The position numbers and the translations under genes are program-made. From the NCBI GenBank assembly GCA_039621445.1, contig CP154954.1, positions 27,865,735-27,929,734 on the forward strand: a DNA stretch of 64,000 nt, written 5' to 3'. The notes beneath the pieces were generated by a model, which saw only the letters and a program-made list of their open reading frames with translations, ran no database searches and was not told where the DNA came from. Below are positions 20,586-30,482 of the stretch, piece after piece. The DNA comes from Euglena gracilis (Eukaryota). Every line of letters begins with the position of its first letter. The first letter of the stretch is position 1.

Positions 20586-23500
20586 GCTGGGACGGTGGTG
20601 GGGCGAACCGAATCCACCGACCAGTGGCACAGCCTACTGGATTTGAAGAGTTCAGGGGAGTAAGGCTATGTACAGAGGCAACAGTCTGTGCACGCTGGTG
20701 AAGGGATGGAAGGTAAAAGGGGCAAGCTTAGAGAATAGTATAAGGCGCGAGGTGCGGGGGCAGGTAAGAGGGGTGAGCTTAGCGAAAAGATCTCGTCATG
20801 CTTCGGGTGCACAGGCGATTTGTAATCCTGTTCTCGACCTCCGCAATTCTGGTTGGTCATTGAGATTTGGATTGGGTGGACGGGCCCTTCGTTTCCTACT
20901 GCACCAGGATCGGGTCAGGAGGTGCGCTTGAAGAGGTTGTATGGTGGACCTGGCTGGCACTTGGCTTGAGGTCCCTCACGGGGGTTCAGCTCCCCTTTGA
21001 TTGTGTGCGACTTCTGCACCTCCATGGTGGACGTCCGGATAGAGTTCTCGGCTTTTGTTACTCCATTTCGGGTTTTTGGAGCTCAGCCTCGTGGCTATGA
21101 AGTACAGTAGGGTTTATGAGATTCAGGGAGGCAATGGTCAGCGAGCTCTTCGGGGCATTGTCCCCAAACCAATTGTCGTCCAACCTCCCGGGCCAGAGTC
21201 ATGCTTATTCCTTGCCAGCAGGTCCCCTCGACGCCCCTCCTCTCCCAGGCGTCGTGTTGGCCTGCTAGCAGCTTGATGCAGTTACCAACAAAGGTGAGCG
21301 CACCATCCCCCATGCCACCATAACAGTCCAAGACAAAGGGTATGAATGTCCAGCCTCTGCGTTGGCAAACATCTCCATACTTCTTTATCTTGTCCTGCTC
21401 TTGTTCCTCATGCCACCTGCCAATATCCTCCAAGCCAGCGCGATTTCGCGAAGGCGCAAGTGGGTGACGAATGGTGACGTCGATGGCTGCCGGGCCGTTT
21501 GCATCGTACCTCATGACAAATACGTCGCCTGGTCGTGAGCCATCTGGGGCACTTTCTTCCCTTCTGGCTGGGAAGCCTGCACGCTGCGCGAGCCCGAGGA
21601 TGTGTGATTGCACCGCATTGTGCCGCCGGACAATGTTGTTTTTGTGGCAGCAGACAAGGTGGTGGCCTCTGACATCTGTGGGGTTGTGGCACCTTGGGCA
21701 GGCAGGTGGGCTGTCTGTAGCGCTGACGACCGGGGCAGCCAGAGACCACTGGACGATGGCCTGAAATTCTCTGGTTGGAATCAGTGTTTTGGTTGAGGCA
21801 CACGGTGTCACTGAGGCCCATGCCATGGCGTGTGGCTTCATCTGGAAGGAGAACTTCAACTTTTCCGTCCCTTCCAAGGCGGCGTGCAGCCTCTGCTGTC
21901 GTGCTTCAGCACAAGCATTTCCCCAGAAGCGCTGTGTCAGCATCTCGGGCGTCAACAAATCATGTCGACGCGGGTCATCACAGAAGGATTGAGCGGATGT
22001 TGGCCAAGAGCAGCTTACTTTGATGGCTCCTACTGTCTCCGCGAAGTCGATGGGGAGTAGCGGAACAGAGCAGAAGGCTGGGAGGTCAAGGATCCGATCC
22101 CCTCGAATAACGAAATCCAGAGTTGCTGCCCATCTGGCGTTCACTCTCTCAACAACTGGGTCGCGGATACCCAAACCCCCCAGTCGAACCGGGAGAGTGG
22201 CTTGAACCCATTGTGGTTCCTCCAGTGGTCGTCCGCTGATGATGCTCATTGTATTCCGCACGGTTTTGCTGAGCAAGGCACATTGGTCTTGGGCATAGGA
22301 GGAAGGGGTTGCCCGCAGGAGGTCATTCACCTTGCATGCGTCCAGGCACATCCGAAGGATCGTGAATTGAACGTGTGCGGAAGGCACTCTCTGTAGGAGG
22401 GAACATGCTTTCATCGCAGCCTCGCACCGTCCAAACCAGGTGTGTTCGGCAAAGCTGCCGTCCGCTGGGTGGCACACCGGGACACCCAGGGATTTAATCC
22501 CTGAGCCAGGGATAAAAGGTGTCACCGGGATTTGTTGGAGGATGCTTGTTCCCATTGGAAGGGAGGACCATGCGGTCCTGAAGGCCGGCCCCCACAGCGT
22601 GCACTTGTCCAGGTTGAGTGCCACACCGATCGGAGGGCCCTTTTCCAGGATCATTCGGACCGCAGCCTCGAGTTGGCACATGTTGCCCACGATGTGGGCG
22701 TCGTCCAGGTACCAGGCTTGCCAGCCACATACGGAATGAAGATCTTCCACCAGTCCTTGAATGGCAAGGGCGAAAGCGGCGGGGCCACAAGGATCCCCTT
22801 GCTGGACCCCCGATTTACTTCGGAGGCAAGTATCCCCCAAGAAGAGACTGGAGTGTTCTGCATAACATGTTTCCAGCCACGTGACCATTTCGGGGCATCT
22901 TTCTCTTGCCGCTTCCAATAAGGCGTCACGGCGGACCCGGTTGAACGCGTTGCTGAAGTCTAGCTGTAGCACGCCCCAATCAGCGGCCTGTGTGCTACTT
23001 AGGGTGGTTACGAGGTGTTGCAGCCCCATTCTAATCAACCCACAAGCATCGCGGCAACCCACCCCAAATTGTCCGGGCATTCCTTCTGCAGTGAACTTGC
23101 GAACCGCGGGTTGTCTCATCAGCACCTTTCCGACCAATCTGCGTACACACTCTCCCGACGCGATCGGCCTTGTTCCTTCGTGTTCCGGGTCCAAGGGTGG
23201 AGGCAGCAAGTTACCGGCTTCGTTGACTTGTGCAGGGTGCTTTACCTTTCGCAGGGCTGTCAAGCGTGCGGAGGCCAAGATTTCGGCCGCCCCGACGGGC
23301 CACCCGTCGTTGATGCTTTTGAAGGCAAAGGTTGCCAATCCCTCAAGCAAGGATTCGGCCTGCCCTCCCGCCTCTCGGCTCAGCATGTCCTTGAGGTGGT
23401 CGGGTTTCAATCCCGACGGTCCCGCCGCAGATTCCTTCCCGAAGGAAAATACTGCCTTCCGGACCAAGGAGAGACGGTCACGTCTCTCCTCCTCATCTGC

Positions 23501-24127
23501 CGGTGGAGGCGTTGCGACCCTCTTGTCCATGGGGCCCCGCCCTGGTGGCTCCTCAAATGGGTGCATGTCTTGGAGTCTTTTCCGAACGGTAGGGTGCTTG
23601 TCGTCTTGCACACCGTCGGACAGCAACAATTGGCACGCCTTCCCCACTGCCCCTTTACCGACAAGGCGTTCCAGCCGGCGAACAAAGCCTTCCTCTTGCA
23701 CCTCCTCCTCTCGTCGGACCTGTCCCCGGGTTCGAACCAAGGTGGCCGGTTGCGCGCGGTGCTGAGAATCTTCCCAGCTGTCATTCACGGGGCGTTTGAG
23801 ATACGACTCCGCTCTCGCTCTGATGACTCTTCCGAGCCTCGCCCAGTGACCCCGTCCTCCTTTCCCCAAGGGCGCTAGGACAGATTTTGGGAAGGCCCAG
23901 AGCGCGTGGAGGGTCTCCCATGTTGGTCTTTCGTTGAAACATCTCAGGACAGTTGAGTATGAATCACAGACAGCCGGCAAGGCCCCTTTCGGGATGATTG
24001 ATACCGTCCCCCGGTGGTCCAGGGATATGTCTGTCCACGAGGGTGACAGTGGTGGGCACGGATCAGTCAAAGGAGAGCCCGTTCTCATTCCCGGCAGGAA
24101 CGGAATAGACACTCCCGGCAGGAACGG
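20586..24127 (-). mobile_element. Non-LTR retrotransposon unit C (CRE-type RT + RLE), 5'-truncated
   Basis: Intact RT-RLE ORF, ~500-nt 3' UTR, and SL-derived sequence at both junctions. Confidence 0.88.
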
Positions 24128-24136
24128 AATAGACAC
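21095..24136 (-). CDS. Reverse transcriptase + CCHC finger + restriction-like endonuclease (unit C)
   Basis: AGPSGL, RPIASGE, LDFSNAFN, GVQQGDPCGP, WYLDD, CPRC..HHLVC, RRHN, RPGD..DVT..K..KY. Confidence 0.93.
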   Translation of the reverse strand: MSIPFLPGVSIPFLPGMRTGSPLTDPCPPLSPSWTDISLDHRGTVSIIPKGALPAVCDSYSTVLRCFNERPTWETLHALWAFPKSVLAPLGKGGRGHWARLGRVIRARAESYLKRPVNDSWEDSQHRAQPATLVRTRGQVRREEEVQEEGFVRRLERLVGKGAVGKACQLLLSDGVQDDKHPTVRKRLQDMHPFEEPPGRGPMDKRVATPPPADEEERRDRLSLVRKAVFSFGKESAAGPSGLKPDHLKDMLSREAGGQAESLLEGLATFAFKSINDGWPVGAAEILASARLTALRKVKHPAQVNEAGNLLPPPLDPEHEGTRPIASGECVRRLVGKVLMRQPAVRKFTAEGMPGQFGVGCRDACGLIRMGLQHLVTTLSSTQAADWGVLQLDFSNAFNRVRRDALLEAARERCPEMVTWLETCYAEHSSLFLGDTCLRSKSGVQQGDPCGPAAFALAIQGLVEDLHSVCGWQAWYLDDAHIVGNMCQLEAAVRMILEKGPPIGVALNLDKCTLWGPAFRTAWSSLPMGTSILQQIPVTPFIPGSGIKSLGVPVCHPADGSFAEHTWFGRCEAAMKACSLLQRVPSAHVQFTILRMCLDACKVNDLLRATPSSYAQDQCALLSKTVRNTMSIISGRPLEEPQWVQATLPVRLGGLGIRDPVVERVNARWAATLDFVIRGDRILDLPAFCSVPLLPIDFAETVGAIKVSCSWPTSAQSFCDDPRRHDLLTPEMLTQRFWGNACAEARQQRLHAALEGTEKLKFSFQMKPHAMAWASVTPCASTKTLIPTREFQAIVQWSLAAPVVSATDSPPACPRCHNPTDVRGHHLVCCHKNNIVRRHNAVQSHILGLAQRAGFPARREESAPDGSRPGDVFVMRYDANGPAAIDVTIRHPLAPSRNRAGLEDIGRWHEEQEQDKIKKYGDVCQRRGWTFIPFVLDCYGGMGDGALTFVGNCIKLLAGQHDAWERRGVEGTCWQGISMTLAREVGRQLVWGQCPEELADHCLPESHKPYCTS

Positions 24137-24141
24137 TCAGA
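24090..24141 (-). other. Partial SL (TCTGAGTGTCTATT) with a 24-bp junctional tandem duplication
   Basis: (GTGTCTATTCCGTTCCTGCCGGGA)x2 at the unit B/C junction. Confidence 0.8.
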
Positions 24142-24601
24142 CTACACACGGTGGGTAGCACAGCTTCACCCAAACCGTGCCCCGGGCCCAGGGAAACGTC
24201 TCTTTTGGCCCTCGCCACAAGAGGAACCCCCTTGTGACTCCCTGTGCCGCCACAGGTCGCGGGTAGATTATACTGTGGGTGTAATGTACAAAGGAGCTGA
24301 GTGAACTTGTTGTGAACTTGTTGTGGAGGTCAGTGGTTAGCGGAAGATGAGCAAAGGTCACCTTCAATATATATTGGGCGGGGAGGGGGGCGTGTGTTCC
24401 GCTTTTGCCACCGGATGGCGTGTTTGTGTCGGGTTTTGGCTTTTGTTGTGTTTTGCTTCTCTGCGTGTGTACGTGATCCATGGATTTGTCTTTGGCTCGG
24501 CGTGTGGCTCTGCTCTGCTCAGGGGATAACTACGGGTTAAAAACTTGGCAGGTGAGAGTTCAAGGTTGGTTATTTGGTTCAGAGTTTGTGCTCAAAGGCC
24601 T

Positions 24602-27409
24602 TCAGACAGAATAGGGTGAGTGGGCAGAAGACAGGGTGATCTCATCTTTGGAAGAATACAAGCTCCAAACGAGCTGTCTGCTGATTTCTCTGATAAGTGT
24701 GAAGGACAGGCCTTGCCAAATGTCTGCTTCTGCAGCCCGCCGCTGCCACCCTTCCCGCTGCCCCAGAAGGGCCTTGAGGAGGGTGGCCATCAAGGAGCAC
24801 GCTTCTTGTCCCATGCCCCCATAGCAATCCATGACGAATGGCGTCAACCGCCAGCCCAGTCGTTGGCATGTTGTATCATATTTGGCATGCTTTTCGGCCT
24901 CTTGACGTGTTTGCCATTGTGAAAGGCTCTCTGCACTTCGCAGCGGATGACTTTGCGCAAGGGTGTGGCGGATTGTCACATCCACTGCAACGGGTCCATC
25001 ACTGTCCAAGCGAGGAATGAAGATATCCCCAGGCCGGGAACGGTCATCAGCTCGTTGTTCTTTACGGGCTGTAAATCCTGCCTTCTGTGTTGTGGTTGTC
25101 AGAAAATCTTGTACCGCCCCGTGCCGCCGGGTGATGAAGTTTGATTTGCAGCAAACGAGGTGGTGTCCGAGAAAATCTGATTGTCCAAAGCATTTGGGAC
25201 AGAGGTTGGGATCGGATTCCATTGGTGTGAGAGTCATTCCAAGGGACCAACGAAGTGTGCAGCGGAATTCAGCCGTGGGCAACAGGGTGCGGAGTCCTTG
25301 AGATGGTGTCAAAGCGGCCCATGCCATAGCGTGTGGTTGGCATTGGCTTGCAAAGCGTACAGCATCAGGTCCATTCAATGTGTCCCGAAGTGTTTTCTGG
25401 CGGGCAAGCATGCTCTGCTGATTCCACCAACGTTGTGAATTGTGTGGAGACTGTGCCTGAGGGATCAAATTTTTGTCAGTGGCCCATTGTGGCAGTGGGG
25501 CTATTTGACCAAGTTCATTGAGGGCTGCCCGTAAACAATCATCAGTGTCTTTGGGAAGGATGTCCAAGGCAGCGGGCAGGCCCAAGACAGAGGGAGCTCT
25601 TCGACAGAAGTCCACCACTTGAGACAATCTGGCTGGCACACGTTGAAATAGTGGATCCGAGATCCCCAGTCCACCGCATCTGATGGCCAGGGAAACTTGC
25701 AACCATTCTTCTGGAGTGCAAGGGGAGCCGACCATGCCACTGAATGTTTCCCGAATAATTCCCGACAATGTCTTGCATGCCGCTGTTGCAGAGGTGATTT
25801 TGCAGGCGCGCAAGAGGTCATTCACTTTGCAAGCAGATAAACAAAAACGAAGCAAGGTGAATTGCACATGCGATTGAGGTAGGTGCTGAAGTACTGTGCA
25901 AGAACGTCGGATGTCTGCAATGCGCTTATTCCAAACTTCGTCACAGAAGCGGTCATCTTGGGGGTGGTGGACAGGGACCCCCAAAACTTTCAAACCAGAA
26001 CCAGCAACAAAGGCGGTCAGTGGTATTTGATGTAAGGGGCTGTCGTGTGGCGTGCCAGGGGGAATGCAAGGGACGCCTTCTGTTGATGTGAACGCTGGTC
26101 CCCACAATCGACATTTTGCAGGGTTTACGGCCAACCCAAGCGCGGCTGCCTCGCGAATCAGGAAGGCAAGGGCATTGTGCAGTTGGGCTGGGGATCCCAG
26201 CAGATGGGCGTCATCCAAGTACCATCCCTGCCATTCAACCAACGGTGAGAGGCCCTCACAAAGGTCTTGCACTCCCCAGGCGAAAGCTGCTGGTCCACAT
26301 GGGTCGCCTTGCTGAGCCCCCCTCTGGGAAGGCAGACAATGGTTTCCACAATACAGCTTGCTGTGTTGGGCGTAGCACGAATCCAGCCAAGGGCACACTT
26401 CTGGGCATCGTCTACTGATAGATTGCAGGATTTTTTCCCGTGACAAAGAGTTGAAGGCATTCCTGAAATCCACTTGAAGCAGCCCCCAGCGATTGTCTCT
26501 GTCTGCGTGCAAAGTGTCCACCATTTGTTGGATTCCCATTGCGATCAGTGGACAAGCATTCGGCACACCAACGCCACATTGTGGAGGACTCAGTTCTTTC
26601 AAAGCATTTACTACTGTGGGATGACGCATGAGGCATTTGCCAACCAATCGGCGAAGGGTTTCACCTGCTGCGATTGGGCGAGTGTCTTCATCACACACCG
26701 TGTTCTCCACAAGGTTTCCAAAAGCATCCTCTTCCATTGCTGTTTGTTTGTTCTGTTTTCGCAGAGGTGTCAACCTGGCTGAGGAAAGAATTGGGGCCAT
26801 GCCGGGGTGAACACCGTTTGTAATTGCCCGACAGATGAAGGTATCAAGCCCTTCGAGGAGGTCATCTCCACAAGCCCCTGGGTAGTCTCCAACCATGGCC
26901 TTGAGGTGGTCAGGTCTCAGGCCAGAAGGACCCGGTGCGGATTCCTTTGGGAACCCGAATATGGCTTTGCGCAAATTTTGCAACCGTTCTTTTGTGCTTT
27001 CTGGGTCCGAAGGAAAGGTGATCGTTTGGGAAGGGTCGGACACCGGGATGCGCGGTGGAGGCTCTGGTGGGTGCAGGTCACGCAGCCTTTGAATCACTTT
27101 TGGGTCATTGCTGTTCTGAACCCCCTCAGAGGTGAGCTCTCGGCAGGCTTTTGAAATAGCCCCGTGGCCAACAAGGCTTTCAATGCGGGAAAGAAACCGT
27201 TCTTCGGTGGCCTTGGCAGCGAGTGCTGTTTTTTGCCTTGTCTGTCTGCCTTGTGGCTTTTGTGGGAGACTGGAGTCCAACCAAGAATCAAACACAGGAC
27301 GGGTGAGATACAGGCGAGCTCGTTCTGCAATTTTTCTCCCCACCATCGCCCAGTTCGATCGCCCGCCACGCTGCAAAGGGCAGAGCACCGCTTTGGGGAA
27401 GGCCCACAA
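24602..27409 (-). CDS. Reverse transcriptase + CCHC finger + restriction-like endonuclease (unit B)
   Basis: APGPSGLRP, VDFRNAFN, GAQQGDPCGP, WYLDD, CPKC..HHLVC, RPGDIF..DVT. Confidence 0.93.
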   Translation of the reverse strand: MWAFPKAVLCPLQRGGRSNWAMVGRKIAERARLYLTRPVFDSWLDSSLPQKPQGRQTRQKTALAAKATEERFLSRIESLVGHGAISKACRELTSEGVQNSNDPKVIQRLRDLHPPEPPPRIPVSDPSQTITFPSDPESTKERLQNLRKAIFGFPKESAPGPSGLRPDHLKAMVGDYPGACGDDLLEGLDTFICRAITNGVHPGMAPILSSARLTPLRKQNKQTAMEEDAFGNLVENTVCDEDTRPIAAGETLRRLVGKCLMRHPTVVNALKELSPPQCGVGVPNACPLIAMGIQQMVDTLHADRDNRWGLLQVDFRNAFNSLSREKILQSISRRCPEVCPWLDSCYAQHSKLYCGNHCLPSQRGAQQGDPCGPAAFAWGVQDLCEGLSPLVEWQGWYLDDAHLLGSPAQLHNALAFLIREAAALGLAVNPAKCRLWGPAFTSTEGVPCIPPGTPHDSPLHQIPLTAFVAGSGLKVLGVPVHHPQDDRFCDEVWNKRIADIRRSCTVLQHLPQSHVQFTLLRFCLSACKVNDLLRACKITSATAACKTLSGIIRETFSGMVGSPCTPEEWLQVSLAIRCGGLGISDPLFQRVPARLSQVVDFCRRAPSVLGLPAALDILPKDTDDCLRAALNELGQIAPLPQWATDKNLIPQAQSPHNSQRWWNQQSMLARQKTLRDTLNGPDAVRFASQCQPHAMAWAALTPSQGLRTLLPTAEFRCTLRWSLGMTLTPMESDPNLCPKCFGQSDFLGHHLVCCKSNFITRRHGAVQDFLTTTTQKAGFTARKEQRADDRSRPGDIFIPRLDSDGPVAVDVTIRHTLAQSHPLRSAESLSQWQTRQEAEKHAKYDTTCQRLGWRLTPFVMDCYGGMGQEACSLMATLLKALLGQREGWQRRAAEADIWQGLSFTLIREISRQLVWSLYSSKDEITLSSAHSPYSV

Positions 27410-29033
27410 GGCTGCGGCTGGCTGGGGCTGGTGACGATGCTACTGCGGTTGTTGCCACCGAGGTTGGTGGGGGTCCCGCGAGGGCTCGTGACGATGCTGC
27501 TGCGGTCGTTGCCACTGAGGATGAAGAGCTGGCACCCAAAGGGAGGTTGGAGAAGTTCAGGAAGGGCGTCGCCTGATTTGCTTGCATCCAAATGGCCCCA
27601 ACATCTGACGGGGGGAAGGGTCCTGGTCCTTGTGTGCCAATTGGGTTCTCCATGATGACCGTGGAGCACATTGAGGGGAGGCCTTGTTGGCCAAAGAACA
27701 ATGGACCCGGCAGATTTGGGAACCAAGATCCCCTTTCCAATGGTGGCACTGCGGGTGGTGGTGCGGATGGGGGGATGGAAATTTGTGAAGCTGGCGCCAT
27801 GTCAACGTCCTCACCCGACACCGAAGGGTGCTCTGCGGGCGGCGGTGCAGCAGGAGTTATTGAGGTTTGTGATGCTGGCGCCATGTCAATATCTTCACCC
27901 GGAACAGATGGTGGGGTTGTAGGAGGCCCGGGGTTACTCTCAATGTCCCCGCAGGTCAGTAAAGACCGACCTCGGCCTGCCCCTCCCGATGCTGGTAGGG
28001 TAGGCTGTGTGCTGTCTTTCGCAGAAACGTAAGGCACCAGCACTTTTATTTGTTTGGCCAACGTTGGGTGGTTTCTTCTGGTCAGCGGAGGCGGAACCTG
28101 GGGGTTGTCCGGTTTATTTTGCTGAGGTGGGAAGGTTGCAGGCCAGTAGAATCCTGCAGAACTGGCTGGCTGGGGGGCCAGTGTTGCAGACCAAAAAGTG
28201 GATGTGCTGTCTGGCTGGGGGGCCACTGTTGCAGTCCAAAATGTCCAAAATGTGGAGGAACATGGTTTGCCAGTTTGTCGGGGGCTTTTCAGGCTGAGAG
28301 CAAAAATGGTGTCAGGGGGGGGCCTCTGCAGGCCCATGGCCTTTGCAGGCCACTGGGACAAAATGCTGCAACAGGACAAAAAGGTGTCACAGGGGGGCCT
28401 TTGCAGGCCCAGGGCCTTTGCAGGCCACTGGGGCAAAATGGTGCAACAGACCGAAATGGTGTCACAGGGGGGCCTTTGCAGGCCCAGTGACTTTGCAGGA
28501 CACTGTTGGGGTGGCAAAATGTTTTTCAATGTCAAGTCAAAACTGCTGCAAAAAGTGTCACTGAGGGGTTGGGGTGGCAAAATGTTTCTCAATGTCAAGT
28601 CAAAACTGCAGCAAAATGTGTCAGAGCTTTTGGTGTAACATGTGCTGTGAAAACTGGGGGTTTGCCACTTCAATTGATCAGAAGTTTGGGATGCAATGCA
28701 GAACACCGAAAAGAAGACACTGGAGCTGAAAGTTCCACTTAATGGTTGGCAGATGGGGGGCCTTTGCAGGCCCAAAGGGGGGGGCCTTTGCAGGCCCAAA
28801 AACTGGGGGGGCCTTTGCAGGCCCAAAAACTGGGGGGGCCTTTGCAGGCCCAAAAACTGGGGGGGCCTTTGCAGGCCCAAAAACTGGGGGGGCCTTTGCA
28901 GGCCCAAAAACTGGGGGGGCCTTTTCAGGCCCAGTGGCTGAAGGGGCCTTTTCAGGCCCTGTAGCAGGGGGGGCCTTTTCAGGCCCAATACAGCCAACAG
29001 CAGCATGGTGAAGTTCTGCAGCAGCAAGACCAA
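27288..29033 (-). CDS. Unit B N-terminal region: LGLQRPPQF repeats plus 2A-like peptide, out of frame with RT near 27410
   Basis: 27-nt tandem repeats at ~28755-28990. GRGRSLLTCGDIESNPGP at 27924-27977. Confidence 0.6.
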   Translation of the reverse strand: MVLLLQNFTMLLLAVLGLKRPPLLQGLKRPLQPLGLKRPPQFLGLQRPPQFLGLQRPPQFLGLQRPPQFLGLQRPPQFLGLQRPPPLGLQRPPICQPLSGTFSSSVFFSVFCIASQTSDQLKWQTPSFHSTCYTKSSDTFCCSFDLTLRNILPPQPLSDTFCSSFDLTLKNILPPQQCPAKSLGLQRPPCDTISVCCTILPQWPAKALGLQRPPCDTFLSCCSILSQWPAKAMGLQRPPPDTIFALSLKSPRQTGKPCSSTFWTFWTATVAPQPDSTSTFWSATLAPQPASSAGFYWPATFPPQQNKPDNPQVPPPLTRRNHPTLAKQIKVLVPYVSAKDSTQPTLPASGGAGRGRSLLTCGDIESNPGPPTTPPSVPGEDIDMAPASQTSITPAAPPPAEHPSVSGEDVDMAPASQISIPPSAPPPAVPPLERGSWFPNLPGPLFFGQQGLPSMCSTVIMENPIGTQGPGPFPPSDVGAIWMQANQATPFLNFSNLPLGASSSSSVATTAAASSRALAGPPPTSVATTAVASSPAPASRSLVGLPQSGALPFAAWRAIELGDGGEKNCRTSSPVSHPSCV

Positions 29034-29260
29034 TAAGGGCTGAGAAGCCCAAGGACTTGGGTTCTTGAATGTCTTGTCTTGAGCTTGTACCTTTGACTTC
29101 TGGTATTGTACTTGTACTTGACTTCTGCCTGCACCAGCAGGACTTCAACTTCTGCCTGCACCAGCAGGACTTCTTCTGCCTGCACCACTTGCGATGATAG
29201 TTGAACTCTTGGCTTAGTTTGTCCCCACCAGGGGCTTTCAATTGTCCGCCATGTATTATG

Positions 29261-29311
29261 CGAAAAAAAAATAGACACTCAGAAACTCAGAAACTCAGAC
29301 ACTCAGAAAGC
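29261..29311 (-). other. Euglenid spliced-leader exon copy plus stuttered partial copies
   Basis: TTTCTGAGTGTCTATTTTTTTTTCG at 29285-29261 matches the Euglena SL as I recall it (ACTTTCTGAGTGTCTATTTTTTTTCG) with one extra T. It is preceded by GCTTTCTGAGTGTCTGAGTTTCTGAG. Confidence 0.9.
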
Positions 29312-30482
29312 CAACAACACGGCGGGTAGCACAGCTTCACCCAGACCGTGCCCCGGGCCCAGGGAGATGTCTCTTTTGGCCCTCGCCACAAGGAGAAACT
29401 CCTCATGGCTCCCTGTGCGGCCACAGGTCGCCGGTAGATACTATGGGTGTAAAGTACATAAAGGTTGTACGGAGTGCCGTGCCCGTCCTGCGGTCCATGG
29501 TTAGAGGAAAATGGGAAAGTCCCATCTTCAATATATACGGCGGCGGGGGGGGGGGGGAGTGTGTGCTTTGCCTGCCACTGTTGGCGTGTTTGTGTCATTG
29601 GCTGGTTGGCTGATTTGTGCCTGGGGTGGTTTCACAGCCGTCCGAGAGTGGCTGATTTGTGCCTGGGGTTGTTTCAGAGCCGTCCGAGAGTGGAGGTGAG
29701 AAAGCTGGCCTCATGGCCATTGCTCTGTGTGGGCCACCGAAGGTGGTAGAGGTGGTCGGTGCACTGGATGAAGTCACACTCAAAAGTATGGGGAATGCGT
29801 ACCACCGCTATTGCAATCAAGTAGTTGCTCAGGGCACTGTCCCCATGCCAGTTGTCTTGCCAACTCGCGCATCAAAGCCATTCCAAGTCCCTGCCATGCA
29901 CTGGCCTCCACACCCCGCCTCTCCCAGCCGTTATGTTGGCTTGTTTGGAGGCGGATGCATGTGGAGACGAATCCTTGGCCTGCTTCACTCATGCCACCGT
30001 AGCAGTCCATCACCAGTGGGATAAATGTCCAGCCTCGTCGCTTGCAAGGGTCCCCATACTTGGCAATTTTGTCTTCTTCCTGTCGAGTGTGCCAATTGTC
30101 CACCTGAGCTGGAGGTGACCTGGAGGGTGCTAGTGGGTGTCTGACTGTGACATCAATGGCTGCGGGTCCATTTGCGTCAAATCGAGTGATGAAAACATCG
30201 CCCGGTCGAGTTCCGTCCTCAGCTTTTTCTTCTCGACGTGCAGGAAAGCCAGCTCGCTGTGCCAGGTTCAGGACAAAGCTTTGCACTGCCCCGTGCCGCC
30301 GAACGAGGTTGTTACGGTGGCAGCAGACGAGGTGGTGGCCGGCTGTGTCAAGTGGGCTCATGCATCGTGGACATGCGGGAGAGTGGCTCTCTTCTGTTTT
30401 TACCACAGGAGCGCCAAGCGTCCATTGGAGGAGGGCAACAAATTCTTTCGTGGGAACAAGGGTTTTTGTGCCAGCAGAGGGG
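29312..30482 (-). mobile_element. Non-LTR retrotransposon unit A, heavily 5'-truncated (zinc finger + RLE + 3' UTR)
   Basis: ORF 29780-30406 with CPRC..HHLVC and RPGDVF..DVT. Flanked by an identical GCTTTCTGAGT at 30483-30493 and 29301-29311. Confidence 0.88.

Larger units (their letters stand above)
24142..29260 (-). mobile_element. Non-LTR retrotransposon unit B (CRE-type), 5'-complete but degenerate N-terminus
   Basis: Starts immediately after a full SL exon. Repeat-rich N-terminal region, 2A motif, RT-RLE ORF and structured 3' end. Confidence 0.88.

Noticed and set aside
29261-29311. Functional SL RNA gene or linked 5S rRNA gene
   Set aside because: The SL exon is not followed by a GT donor or SL intron, and I recognise no 5S sequence.
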